Part shown: positions 50,848 to 61,322 of the stretch, one piece after another | Layout: each line of letters opens with the position of its first letter | Position numbering within the stretch: the first letter of the stretch is position 1 | DNA from: Bacteroidota bacterium | GTDB taxonomy: Bacteria; Bacteroidota; Bacteroidia; JABEUT01 | Direction of reading: 5' to 3' | DNA: 64,000 nt | NCBI GenBank assembly: GCA_013285805.1 | Contig: JABDGY010000002.1 | Span: 6,011-70,010, forward strand | The notes under the pieces: generated by a model | Databases searched by the model: none | The model's input: the letters and a program-made list of their open reading frames with translations, nothing else | Told to the model about the DNA's origin: nothing | Translations under genes and position numbers: made by a program

Positions 50848-53800
50848 ATGAAAAAATCTACAGCCTTATTCAAAATCGTTCTTACCATGGTTACCTTAAC
50901 CATGCTATTTAACTTCACCAAAGCCCAAACAGTTGGTGTATTATATGGCATGGCACCAAAAGGAGGAGATAGCCTGGGAGGTGTTCTGTATAATTACGAC
51001 CCCCTTAGCTCCGCAAACAATGTGGCTTACCCTTTTCAAAACGTAGGGCCTGAGTATCCTTATTATAATAATATGATACAGGCTAACGATGGTAACTACT
51101 ACGGTATGACAAGCTCGGGTGGTGGTTATAGTTATGGAACATTATTCCAGTATAACCCAACAACTAAAAAAGTAAAGGTGCTTGTTAACTTCGACAATTA
51201 TACTCTTGGGGCAGACCCTACCGGAAGCCTTATACAGGCCACAGATGGAAATTTATATGGCATGACAAGTTTTGGAGGAAGCATAAATGGTTTTGGTACC
51301 TTATTCAGATACTCTTTATCGGGAACTTTTACAACCCTGGTTGTATTTAACGACACAAATGGCGGAAACCCATACGGTAGCCTTATACAAGGTGTCGATG
51401 GCAAGTTATATGGCATGACAAACACAGGTGGCATGATTGGTAGCGGAAATTACGGTTACGGTTTTGGTACAATATTTGTCAGCACATTATCGGGTACACT
51501 TGCAACCCTGGTTAATTTCGACAGTACTACTATGGGCTGTTATCCTTATGGCAGTCTTATTCAGGGTATTGACGGTAACCTGTATGGTATGGCAAACCAG
51601 GGCGGTACTTCTGACTCAGGAACAATGTTCAAGTGCAGTACAACAGGAACGTTCACTACTCTTGTAAATTTTAATCATACTAAAGGCTCTCTCCCGTATG
51701 GCAGTCTTATCCAGGCTACCAATGGCTATTTGTATGGTATGACTGAAATGGGCGGTGCTTCAAACCAGGGAACACTATTTAAATGTACAACTGCTGGCAC
51801 ATTTAGTTCACTGGGCTTTTTTGCCAATGGCGAATATCCTCTTGGCAGTGTTATACAAGCTACTGATGGTAACCTGTATGGTATGACAAGCGGTGGCGGT
51901 GCTCATGGTGATGGTTACGTTTTTAAATGCGGCCTGAGTGGAGGCTTTTCCGACATCTTTGATTTCAATAGTGTAAATGGACAAAATCCTTTCAGCAGCC
52001 TTTACCAGGGGAGCGACGGTGAACTTTACGGAATGACATATGTTGGCGGTACTGTGAAAAGTGGTACACTTTTCAAATGTTCTACAACAGGAACCCAGGT
52101 AGTGCTTGATAATTTTGCCAGCTGCTCCAATGGCAATCTTCCTTACGGAAACGTAATTCAGGCTACTGATGGAAACCTGTACGGCATGACTGAATATGGC
52201 GGAACATATAATCTGGGAAGTATATTCCAGTACAACCCGGTTTCAGGCGCATACAAAACCCTTTACGATTTTGATAGCATTCACGGTGCAACCCCAACGG
52301 GAACCCTACTGCAGGCAAATAACGGAAAGCTATACGGTATGACGGACGATGGGGGCAAGCACGGTTACGGTATACTTTTTTCCATAACAACTGCAGGTGT
52401 TTTTGATACACTTATGAGTTTCAGCAACCAAACTACAATGGGTGCATATCCTGTTGGCGCGCTTATTCAGGCTAAAGATGGAAATTTATATGGCGCTACA
52501 CTGCAGGGAGGCACGGCCAGTGAAGGTGTATTATTCAAATATACACTGGCAGGCGTCTTTACCAAATTAGTTGATTTTACAGGTAGCAATGGCGCGTACC
52601 CCAGGGCAGGCGTTATGCAGGCATCTGATAACAACTTATATGGCACAACCAACCAGGGTGGTTCATCAAGTTCAGGAACAATTTACAGGTGTACAACCAG
52701 CGGAACACTTACTACATTGGTAAACTTCAATTATGGTAACGGTGAAAATCCTTATAGCAAACTTGTTCAGGCAACTGATGGAAATTTGTGGGGCATAGCA
52801 GGCAGCGCAAATGGCGAAGTATTTAAGTGCAGCCTTGCAGGAACCCTTACTGTAATGGCTTCAATGAATGGAAGCACAACAGGCGCTACACCTGAGGGTA
52901 GTCTTATCCAGGCTTCAGACGGTAATTTTTACGGTACAGTTTATGGTGGAGGTACTACCGGATATGGTATTGTGTTCCAATGTACATTGGCCGGTGCACT
53001 TACACCTGTTGTGAATTTCAATATCAATAACGGTCAGGGGCCCAATGCTGATCTGACTGAAGTTATGAGCGTATCTGTTTCAGCAAGCGATGTTGGTTGT
53101 ACAGTTCAAACACTTACTGCAAATGTGAGAGGCGGTGGTACAATAGTGCCTTATACTTATTCATGGTCTACAGGTGCAACCACATCGAGTATAAGCGGCA
53201 TTACCGCTGCAGGTACATATAGTGTTACTGTTACCAATTCAAAGGGCATAGCCATTACCTCAAGTATTGCATTGCCATCATTTACGCCTATCAGTTCTTC
53301 CATGGTCAGCGTAAATGAACCTTGTTTTGGCGATAACTTTGGCAGCGCCACCGATAATGTAATGGGTGGTACATCACCTTATGTTTATTCATGGAATAAT
53401 GGAGCAACCACTTCTGCAGTTAATAATGTGGGGGCGGGAAAATATGTTGTTACTGCTATTGATAATTCAGGCTGCAAAACAAAAGATAGTGTAACCATAA
53501 CACAACCCTCAATGCTTACGGTTGCAATGACGGGCACTAATGACAAATGCTTTGGGTTCCCGAATGGCTCTGCTTCGGCTACCCCTGCCGGAGGTACATC
53601 CCCTTATGTTTATTCATGGAATACATCCAGTACCGCCCCTTCTATTAACAACCTTGCTGCAGGAACCTATAGTGTTACCGTAACAGATAATCATGGGTGT
53701 ACAGCCATGGGTACCGATACGGTTAAGCAACCAGCTAATACACTCGATAGTGCCAGAATATGTATGGTAACCGTTGATACAGGTTCGGTACATAATATCA

Positions 53801-54612
53801 TATCGTGGAATACAACGGGCATTACTAATGTAGATAGCTTTAAGGTTTACTTTTACAATTCCAGTAACCACTGGCAATTACTTGGTGAACAGTTATTCTC
53901 GGCACCAAGCTATTATGTAGATACAGCCAAAATCAACAATCCTAATGCCAATACGGTTAGGTACTGCTTAACCGCGGTTGATTCATGCGGCAATGAAGAA
54001 GCCATTACCGCAAGTACCTGGCAGAATACAGCCCATATAATAAATACAGGCGGCGGAACCTTTAGCTGGTCAGGAACAGGATACCTTATCCAGGGTGTGG
54101 GATTACCTGTTCAAACATACTATCTGTACCGTGATAATTTAAGCAGCGGCAACTGGAAAGCTATCGATTCTGTATCAGGTACCCAGAATACAATGACCGA
54201 CCCGAACTATTCTTTGTATCCTACCGGAAGGTGGAGAGTTGATGCATTGCTTAGTGTTTCCGGATGTACTCCTCCAACTTTGAGGGTTGAATCAATCAAT
54301 TACAATTCTTCAAAATCGAACATTATAGATGGTTTCATAACAGGAGTGCAAACTATTTCTTCTGCAAACTCTGTTTCTGTATATCCTAATCCTGCAAACC
54401 AGGTGCTGAATATCAGTTTCGCTAAGTTCAAGTCCGACAATGTTAGTATAGATATTACAGATGTCACCGGTAGAGTTATAATGAGCATGGATGCAAATGC
54501 TACTCAAGGTAAAGTTCTTCCTGTGGACATTGAATACCTGCCTTCGGGAATTTACTTTGTACACATTGCAAATAATAACTTTACTCAAACAGTAAAATTT
54601 GTAAAGGAATAA
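50848..54612 (+). CDS. T9SS type A cargo with GloVer (Gloeo_Verruco) repeats + SprB repeats
   Basis: About 14 LIQA.DGNLYGMT..GG...GTLF repeats, SprB-like repeats, CTD VYPNPA...GIYFV...KFVKE; TATATTTG at 50796-50803. Confidence 0.93.
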   Translation: MKKSTALFKIVLTMVTLTMLFNFTKAQTVGVLYGMAPKGGDSLGGVLYNYDPLSSANNVAYPFQNVGPEYPYYNNMIQANDGNYYGMTSSGGGYSYGTLFQYNPTTKKVKVLVNFDNYTLGADPTGSLIQATDGNLYGMTSFGGSINGFGTLFRYSLSGTFTTLVVFNDTNGGNPYGSLIQGVDGKLYGMTNTGGMIGSGNYGYGFGTIFVSTLSGTLATLVNFDSTTMGCYPYGSLIQGIDGNLYGMANQGGTSDSGTMFKCSTTGTFTTLVNFNHTKGSLPYGSLIQATNGYLYGMTEMGGASNQGTLFKCTTAGTFSSLGFFANGEYPLGSVIQATDGNLYGMTSGGGAHGDGYVFKCGLSGGFSDIFDFNSVNGQNPFSSLYQGSDGELYGMTYVGGTVKSGTLFKCSTTGTQVVLDNFASCSNGNLPYGNVIQATDGNLYGMTEYGGTYNLGSIFQYNPVSGAYKTLYDFDSIHGATPTGTLLQANNGKLYGMTDDGGKHGYGILFSITTAGVFDTLMSFSNQTTMGAYPVGALIQAKDGNLYGATLQGGTASEGVLFKYTLAGVFTKLVDFTGSNGAYPRAGVMQASDNNLYGTTNQGGSSSSGTIYRCTTSGTLTTLVNFNYGNGENPYSKLVQATDGNLWGIAGSANGEVFKCSLAGTLTVMASMNGSTTGATPEGSLIQASDGNFYGTVYGGGTTGYGIVFQCTLAGALTPVVNFNINNGQGPNADLTEVMSVSVSASDVGCTVQTLTANVRGGGTIVPYTYSWSTGATTSSISGITAAGTYSVTVTNSKGIAITSSIALPSFTPISSSMVSVNEPCFGDNFGSATDNVMGGTSPYVYSWNNGATTSAVNNVGAGKYVVTAIDNSGCKTKDSVTITQPSMLTVAMTGTNDKCFGFPNGSASATPAGGTSPYVYSWNTSSTAPSINNLAAGTYSVTVTDNHGCTAMGTDTVKQPANTLDSARICMVTVDTGSVHNIISWNTTGITNVDSFKVYFYNSSNHWQLLGEQLFSAPSYYVDTAKINNPNANTVRYCLTAVDSCGNEEAITASTWQNTAHIINTGGGTFSWSGTGYLIQGVGLPVQTYYLYRDNLSSGNWKAIDSVSGTQNTMTDPNYSLYPTGRWRVDALLSVSGCTPPTLRVESINYNSSKSNIIDGFITGVQTISSANSVSVYPNPANQVLNISFAKFKSDNVSIDITDVTGRVIMSMDANATQGKVLPVDIEYLPSGIYFVHIANNNFTQTVKFVKE

Positions 54613-54633
54613 ATAAGCTGACAACCCCATGAT

Positions 54634-54668
54634 AAAAAGCCTCCGGCAGTATTGCCGGAGGTTTTTTT
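54634..54668 (+). terminator. intrinsic terminator
   Basis: AAAAAGCCTCCGGCA-GTAT-TGCCGGAGGTTTTTTT. Confidence 0.9.
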
Positions 54669-54939
54669 ATAGATGCTGGGGCGCACAACCCCAACCTCAC
54701 TCAATCGTGACAACTATTTGAACGAAATGTATCCTGAGGCAGTAGCCTTTATTTATCTAGTGCTTTGTTTCCATTACTCTATAAGAATATCTATGCTTCA
54801 CAAGGCAACTCCATTATGGCAACTTGAAAAGGGAAACATACTGAAATGCAGATTACGATGCTTATATTAACTTGCCTGTAATGCGGCATTATGTCGGGAG
54901 CGGCCTTTTTTTAAATAAAGTAAAGTGGTTTAGAAGGGC

Positions 54940-54970
54940 AAAAAAAGGGCTGCATAAATGCAGCCCTTTT
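54940..54970 (-). terminator. intrinsic terminator for 54990..56072
   Basis: AAAAAAAGGGCTGCAT-AA-ATGCAGCCCTTTT. Confidence 0.88.
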
Positions 54971-54989
54971 AAACTAAATTAATTCGGTT

Positions 54990-56072
54990 TTAGTTCTTTA
55001 CAAACTTAAGGATGTAAGAATTTCCTGTCCTGGTTTCCTTAATATTTACAAAATACAAACCAGAGCTCAACTCTTCTGTATTAATATTAAATTGCTTGTT
55101 CTCTTCTACCTGTATAGAATTTACAGGCTGGCCAAGAACATTATATACAGTTACAATTTTAGAACCATTGTAAGTACCATTGATGGTAGTAGAAGTACTT
55201 GCAGGGTTAGGATATAAAGTATAGCCGCCCACCGGAGAAGATAATTCATCAATAGAAGAAGGGCCTGTAGCTAAAACAGCTATATTGTCATACCTGTCGT
55301 TATGGCTAGGTGCTGAACAATTAGATCCTGCCGGGCGGAATCTCAGAATAAAATTAGCATTGTTATTCACTGAGGTATCGCTTGCAAAATTTATCTGAAC
55401 CGGGTACCAGCCGCTGGTAGCTGTAATGGTATTATTTATCAGTAAAGTGTCAGGATAACGAACACCGCCAATATTAAAAGTATCCATTGCCTGGGTAAGG
55501 TTTTTCCATGTAACACCGTTATTGGTGCTATATGAAATTATATTGTATTGCGCAGCGCCAGAGCTGGAAGTAGAAACTGCATAATTTACTGAAATACCCT
55601 TGTAACCTGTGGTTGGGGCATAAATGTATAAATAGCAGCTATCGGAAGGATTACGGGCCCTGATAAATCCGTTGCCTATTGCACCTCCGCTATCACTTGT
55701 AGTGAAGTACGAATATTTGTTGCTACTGTAGTCGTAATAAAATGCTCCTCCAGAACCTTCATCAAGAATACTGTCTCTTTGTCCTGTTCCGCCTGAGCCG
55801 TAAATTTTAGTCGGGCGGGTGTAAATAATATGTCCCTTTGATGACAATGGTGCAGTGTAAGCCGCATTCAATGGCCAGGTATCCATGGTGGAATCACTGG
55901 CTGCCGTGTTGATATAGCTGAATATTGTTCCAACACTGTCACCAGCTGTAACTGTCACCGGGTGAAATTGGTTAAAATCCCAGAATTGAACTAGTATCTG
56001 AGCATTTGCCCTGGGAAGGGAAAATACTAAAGACACTGATAGCGCTAAATAGATGTAAAGTTTTGTTTTCAT
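54990..56072 (-). CDS. T9SS type A cargo consisting of one 'HFWDFN' domain
   Basis: Signal peptide, QFWDFN...RARNPS...PTTGY...NDRYDN, CTD LYPNPA...GLYFV...KFVKN. Confidence 0.9.
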   Translation of the reverse strand: MKTKLYIYLALSVSLVFSLPRANAQILVQFWDFNQFHPVTVTAGDSVGTIFSYINTAASDSTMDTWPLNAAYTAPLSSKGHIIYTRPTKIYGSGGTGQRDSILDEGSGGAFYYDYSSNKYSYFTTSDSGGAIGNGFIRARNPSDSCYLYIYAPTTGYKGISVNYAVSTSSSGAAQYNIISYSTNNGVTWKNLTQAMDTFNIGGVRYPDTLLINNTITATSGWYPVQINFASDTSVNNNANFILRFRPAGSNCSAPSHNDRYDNIAVLATGPSSIDELSSPVGGYTLYPNPASTSTTINGTYNGSKIVTVYNVLGQPVNSIQVEENKQFNINTEELSSGLYFVNIKETRTGNSYILKFVKN

Positions 56073-56113
56073 GAACTTTGTTTTAGTGTGTTATTAATAA
56101 ATACTTAAAGTGG

Positions 56114-56215
56114 CGCAAGAGTAAGGCTTGTTTGTTACCTTATTGTTAATTACATATTACGATAAGTATTCATTTTCAATTGACTGCAGCGCTCAATTCT
56201 GTAGGAAATCTGTAG
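56114..56215 (-). promoter_or_regulatory. variant promoter (TACTCTTGCG) + three phased hexamers + TCTGTAG repeat
   Basis: -7 element 56116-56123; TGTTAC 56133, TGTTAA 56144, TATTAC 56155; TCTGTAG at 56198 and 56209. Confidence 0.75.
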
Positions 56216-56242
56216 TATGATTTCCACTCCTTATCCATTACC

Positions 56243-57310
56243 TTATTTGATGTATTTAAGCGAAAGCTCAATAGCGCCTCTGCCTGAAGAGGCTACATTT
56301 AATTGGGACACATTTTCATCGTAACTAATACCAATACAATAATCTCTCACTTTCATGCCCAACATAATAATAACGGCATCATTCCACCTGTAATAAATTC
56401 CCATATCAAAGGCATTACCGCCCTTTTTAATGCCGGTATACCTGCTTTCATCCTGCATTACATAATATCTCAACTTTATCCCGGTATTCAATTCCTGCGA
56501 GGGTCCCTGTGAATAATAGACAAAGCCCGGTATTACAGTTAAATAAGAACCTCTTATACCAAGTTCTAGGCTGCCATGTATGTCGTACCTCATGTATAAA
56601 AGCGTACCATTCACTGAACTTCCATAGAATGAAATATCAGGCTGGTTAATATGATACACTGCAAAGCCTACATCAGCCTTGCTTTCATTATTAGTTGTCA
56701 TTCCTACCTGCCCCGATGAATATTGATAATTTGCCCCTGCTGAAAAATCCATATAGGAAAACGAATTACCGAAAGTGGGTTCCCCGGTAGGCGCATTGGG
56801 GTCGTAATCATCGCCCACAAACTGTTCGCCCCATTGCAACCCGGCTGTATTCATGCTTCGCTGAGCCCAGGCTCCTTGTATTCCGATTGCAACTGTATTT
56901 TTACTGTTCAGCATTATTCCGCATGCCATATTTAAAGCAACTTCGGTCGTACCCATTTTAGCATCTCCCGATTTATCGTTATAAAATAAAATACCGGGAG
57001 ATAAGTAACCCTTTTTCCATTTCTTTACCAGGTTTTGAAATTCCACAGTAGCACCCATTGTATTGAAACCGGCACCGCCTCCCATAACACTCGACCATTG
57101 GCTACGGTAATTTATTGATGCCAGTACAGTACCCTGAAATGACCCGCACAATGCAGGGTTTAACGTAAGGGGCGATTCAGTAAATTGGGAAAAATGCAAA
57201 TCCTGGGCCGCAGCAGGTTTGGCATTAAATGTTGCGGCAAGTACAATTAAAGTAAAAAGTAATATCCTGTTTATCATTCTGCCGTTCGCCGATTTATTAT
57301 TCATCTTCAT
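56243..57310 (-). CDS. PorP/SprF-family T9SS outer-membrane protein (second copy)
   Basis: QDLHFSQF...LNPALCG, NYRSQW, YHINQP, GISYD. Confidence 0.95.
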   Translation of the reverse strand: MKMNNKSANGRMINRILLFTLIVLAATFNAKPAAAQDLHFSQFTESPLTLNPALCGSFQGTVLASINYRSQWSSVMGGGAGFNTMGATVEFQNLVKKWKKGYLSPGILFYNDKSGDAKMGTTEVALNMACGIMLNSKNTVAIGIQGAWAQRSMNTAGLQWGEQFVGDDYDPNAPTGEPTFGNSFSYMDFSAGANYQYSSGQVGMTTNNESKADVGFAVYHINQPDISFYGSSVNGTLLYMRYDIHGSLELGIRGSYLTVIPGFVYYSQGPSQELNTGIKLRYYVMQDESRYTGIKKGGNAFDMGIYYRWNDAVIIMLGMKVRDYCIGISYDENVSQLNVASSGRGAIELSLKYIK

Positions 57311-57320
57311 TGCGTAAAAT

Positions 57321-60300
57321 TTATTTTACCAGTGTTACGTTTCCGCTTTTTGTTACTTCAGTGCCATCTAAAAGTTTTGCCCATAAGTAATATGCATATA
57401 CATCAGGATTCATTGGCTGGCCGCGGTATGTGCCATCCCATCCCTGGTTTTGCGTCATGCTTTCAAATATTTTATTACCCCAGCGGTCATAAACTATAAA
57501 GTCCATTGAACCTACGCACAGCCCATAAACATACAATACGTCGTTATGGCCGTCTCCATTAGGAGAGAAAACATTGGGAACAAATAAATGTCCGCAAATA
57601 TCTGTAACGTTTACCTGCACTGTATCTTCAGTTTTACACCCGTTTCCATCGGTAGTTATTACATAATAAGTAGTATTTACAAGTGGATTTGCCGATGGGT
57701 CAGGGCAGGTGTTGCAACTCAAAGAACCCGAAGGCGACCAATCATAAATACTTCCCGGTAATTGCGGACTGACCGTTAACGTAACCGATTGACCAATATT
57801 AATGGTTGCAGGGGTAGGTGTAGCAACTTCAACAGGCAACGGATTAACTATTACCTTAACGCTATCTTCTGCTGTACAAACTCCGTTTGCAAGTATAACA
57901 GTATATGTAATAGTTACAGCGGGCTTAGCTACCGGATCATCAATGTTAATTGAACTTAAGCCTGCAGGTGGAGACCAAACATATGTTGCCGCACCCGAAG
58001 CGGAGAGGTTTGCCGAATTACCTATGCAGATTGACTGTGTCGGGCTGACTGTAGGAACCGGTGTCGGGGTTACAGTTACTGTAACAGTAGTGTCTTTTAT
58101 ACATAAGCCATTGCTCACCTGTACTGTATATGTAGTTGTTGTAGCCGGAGTTACAGAATCGGCTGAAGTAGCAGGGCCATTGCTCCATAAATAACTTGTT
58201 CCTCCACTTGCAGTAAGTATGGTAAACTTGCCTGAACAAATAGAAGTGTTTCCGCCAAGTACAGGAACAGGAACAGGGTTTACGGTAACAGTAGTAACAG
58301 TATCTTTACTGCAGGCGCCATTACTTACAGTAACCGTGTATGTACTTGCTGTAAGCGGAGTTACTGAAATAGTAGCCGTCTTCGCCCCTGTGCTCCAGGT
58401 ATACTTTGTACCACCTGTGGCCGTTAGTGTTGCCGAACTACCCGCGCATATAGCCTGGGGTGGTGTTACACCCGGAACCGGAATACTTAATACTGTAACC
58501 GTTATGCTTGTATCTGCAGTGCATAGACCATTACCGACTACAACAGAATATGTTGTGGTAGAAGGCGGTGTTACTAAAATACTTGCGCTAGTTTTACCAT
58601 TGCTCCATGCATACGTGGTGCCACCCGATGCGGTGAGCGTTGTACTGCTTCCCGTACAAATTGAATCTATCCCGCTAACAGAAGCTGCCGGTGTGGGATT
58701 CACAACTATATTAACGCTAGTACTATCTGAACAACCTCCGTTTGTCGCCACTACAGTATACGTTTTATTTGCAGCCGGAGAGACAGTAATTGCAGCAGTT
58801 GCAGCGCCTGTGCTCCACAGGTAAGTGCTTCCGCCGGAAGCTGTAAGTGTTGTTGAATTACCCGAACAGATAGTGTCCTTTCCGCTTATTGCGGGTGTTA
58901 TTTTGGGTGCCACAGTTACAGTAACCTTGGCTGAATCTATACACCCCGATATACTTGTGCCTATTACCTCATAACTAGTAGTAGTAGCAGGACTTGCAAC
59001 CGGGTTCGGACAGTTTGTACATGTTAACGAAGTTGCCGGCGACCAGGTATATTTTGAGGCACCTCCGGCTGTTAAATTAATATTACTTCCAAAGCATATA
59101 GTGGGTGCAGGTGGTGTTACGGTAATAACAGGTAATGGATTTACCTTTATAGTAACATTTGCTGTACTGCTGCAACCACTGGTATTTGTACCGGTAACGG
59201 TATATGTTTGAGTAGCAACCGGGGTAAATGCAACAGCGTTTGTTACTCCGCCTGTCCATGTGTATGTACTTGCCCCTGTTCCGGTTAATGTAACACTTCC
59301 ACCTGCACAAACTGAATCTGCAGATAACGCAGTTGTTCCCACAACCGGCAAAGGATTCACTTTTATTTTTATGCTAGCTGTATCAGTGCATCCCTTACTG
59401 TCAGTACCTGTTACCGTATATGTTTGGGTAGCAGCCGGTGTAAATGCAATCCCGTTTGTTGCTCCTCCTGTCCATGTATAACTTAATGCACCGCCACCGG
59501 TTAATATTACATTACTCCCGCTGCAAACAGAATCTTTACTTGCATTTGCAGTTACCGTAGGAAGAGGATTTACTGCTACAGTAATACTGTCTTTGGAAGT
59601 GCATCCATGGCTGTTGGTGCCTGTCACCGTATACGTTTGTGTTGCTGCAATAGCAAATGGTACACCATTAGTTACTCCGCCCGACCATGTATAGCTGGTT
59701 GCTCCGCCGCCGGTAAGCGTTACATTTCCACCCTGGCAAACTGTGGTTGGTGAAGCAGTGGCAGTAACTGAAGGGACCGGGTTAAGTACTATTTTAACGG
59801 TAGCTGTATTAACGCACCCGCCTACAGAAGTGCCCGTAACCGTATAGGTTTGATTAGCCACAGGTATAAACGGAACTCCATTGGTTACACCGCCCGACCA
59901 GGTATAAGTGGCTGCGCCACCGCCCGATAGCGTTACGCTAGAACCCTGGCAAACAGAATCGGAAGGCAGTGCGTTGCCGGTAACAGTTGGTAAGGGGTTT
60001 ACTTTTACAGTAACCACCGCTGTATCTGTGCACCCTCCGGCATTGGTACCTGTAACAGTATATGTTTGTGTAGCTGCAGGTGTAAATGGAACTCCGCTGG
60101 TTACACCACCTGTCCAGGTATAGGTTAAAGCTCCTCCGGCATTCACTGTAACAGGGCCACCTCCCGCACAAATAGAATCGGGGGTTGCAGTGGCTGTAAC
60201 AACCGGCCAGGTATTCAACGTTAGTGTAGCTGCAGTTGTAGTATCGTTTTTACAGGCTGCACAAATAATTATGCAGCGGAATGTATACCCGTTCATTGTT

Positions 60301-61301
60301 GAAGGGACTTTAGTAAGGTTAAGGCTATCGGTTGTGGCACCGCTATATACTCCGCCATTAATTACATTAACAAATCCGCTGCCGTTATTTACCTGCCATT
60401 GATACGAGGCATTATAAGCTGTTACACCGGTTGCAAAATATGTATCGGTAATAGGGCAAATAGAAACATTCTTCGGTTGCGACCAGATATAAGGACAGAT
60501 ACTATCTCCCTTGATAGATATATTATCGTACCTGTCGCTGCCTGTAATTAAAGTAGAATTCGGCCCGGCAAGGTAAAAACGAATAATAAAACCGGCATTA
60601 TTGTTAGCCGCGTTAGCCGTGGTGAAATCAATATTTACAGGATACCAGGCTTTTGTTGTTGTTACTGAATTAAGAGAAAGCAATGTATCGGGATACCTTA
60701 CTCCGCTAATATTAAAAGTGTCCATGGCCTGCGTAAGATTGTTCCATGTTGTGCCGCCATCGGTACTGTACGAAAAAATATTGTATTCCGCGCCCTTGTT
60801 ACTTGAAGCTGATACAGCATAGTCAAGCAGAATATTCATATAACCTGTTGTAGGTACATACATATATAAATATGAATTGAGCGATGGATTTCGTGCCCTT
60901 ATGCTGAGATTACCACTGCAAGCGCATGGCCCTGAAGCTGCCGTACTATCGCTAACCGTATAGTATGTATAATTTGTACTGCTGTAATCATAATAAAATG
61001 AACCATTAATCTCGTTATCTAAAACACTGTCGACCTTAGTAGCAGGCGCCTGTTTTGTTGCCGGCCTAGAATACACAATTTTTTCACCGCTCAGGGGAAG
61101 TGTTGTATAATCGGCAGGTAATGGGTGCGTTGTATTACCAAGGCTGTCGCCACTTCCACCTGCATCACCCAGGCCTGTAAGGGGGCTGGTATTGTTAAAG
61201 TCCCAGAAGTGTATCAGCTTTTTAACCTGGGCGCGGCTGCCAATAGTAACCCCGGAAAGAGCAGCAATAAAAAAAATTCTAAAAAGGTATTTTACCTTCA
61301 C
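57321..61301 (-). CDS. T9SS type B cargo: 'HFWDFN' domain + Ig-like repeat stalk
   Basis: GTG start; IC.G.SVTLT.SGG.TY.W...P..T.TYTV repeats; CTD FVPNVFSPNGDGHND...YDRWG...SGNVTLVK. Confidence 0.93.
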   Translation of the reverse strand: MKVKYLFRIFFIAALSGVTIGSRAQVKKLIHFWDFNNTSPLTGLGDAGGSGDSLGNTTHPLPADYTTLPLSGEKIVYSRPATKQAPATKVDSVLDNEINGSFYYDYSSTNYTYYTVSDSTAASGPCACSGNLSIRARNPSLNSYLYMYVPTTGYMNILLDYAVSASSNKGAEYNIFSYSTDGGTTWNNLTQAMDTFNISGVRYPDTLLSLNSVTTTKAWYPVNIDFTTANAANNNAGFIIRFYLAGPNSTLITGSDRYDNISIKGDSICPYIWSQPKNVSICPITDTYFATGVTAYNASYQWQVNNGSGFVNVINGGVYSGATTDSLNLTKVPSTMNGYTFRCIIICAACKNDTTTAATLTLNTWPVVTATATPDSICAGGGPVTVNAGGALTYTWTGGVTSGVPFTPAATQTYTVTGTNAGGCTDTAVVTVKVNPLPTVTGNALPSDSVCQGSSVTLSGGGAATYTWSGGVTNGVPFIPVANQTYTVTGTSVGGCVNTATVKIVLNPVPSVTATASPTTVCQGGNVTLTGGGATSYTWSGGVTNGVPFAIAATQTYTVTGTNSHGCTSKDSITVAVNPLPTVTANASKDSVCSGSNVILTGGGALSYTWTGGATNGIAFTPAATQTYTVTGTDSKGCTDTASIKIKVNPLPVVGTTALSADSVCAGGSVTLTGTGASTYTWTGGVTNAVAFTPVATQTYTVTGTNTSGCSSTANVTIKVNPLPVITVTPPAPTICFGSNINLTAGGASKYTWSPATSLTCTNCPNPVASPATTTSYEVIGTSISGCIDSAKVTVTVAPKITPAISGKDTICSGNSTTLTASGGSTYLWSTGAATAAITVSPAANKTYTVVATNGGCSDSTSVNIVVNPTPAASVSGIDSICTGSSTTLTASGGTTYAWSNGKTSASILVTPPSTTTYSVVVGNGLCTADTSITVTVLSIPVPGVTPPQAICAGSSATLTATGGTKYTWSTGAKTATISVTPLTASTYTVTVSNGACSKDTVTTVTVNPVPVPVLGGNTSICSGKFTILTASGGTSYLWSNGPATSADSVTPATTTTYTVQVSNGLCIKDTTVTVTVTPTPVPTVSPTQSICIGNSANLSASGAATYVWSPPAGLSSINIDDPVAKPAVTITYTVILANGVCTAEDSVKVIVNPLPVEVATPTPATINIGQSVTLTVSPQLPGSIYDWSPSGSLSCNTCPDPSANPLVNTTYYVITTDGNGCKTEDTVQVNVTDICGHLFVPNVFSPNGDGHNDVLYVYGLCVGSMDFIVYDRWGNKIFESMTQNQGWDGTYRGQPMNPDVYAYYLWAKLLDGTEVTKSGNVTLVK

Positions 61302-61322
61302 CTGTAGTTACGTTTATTAAAG

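Noticed and set aside
54673..54870. 65-aa ORF between two terminators
   Set aside because: No recognisable motif or promoter; cannot be supported.
57802..60402. + strand ORFs of 70-201 aa opposite the Ig-repeat gene
   Set aside because: Antisense shadows of Thr/Val/Gly-rich repeats.
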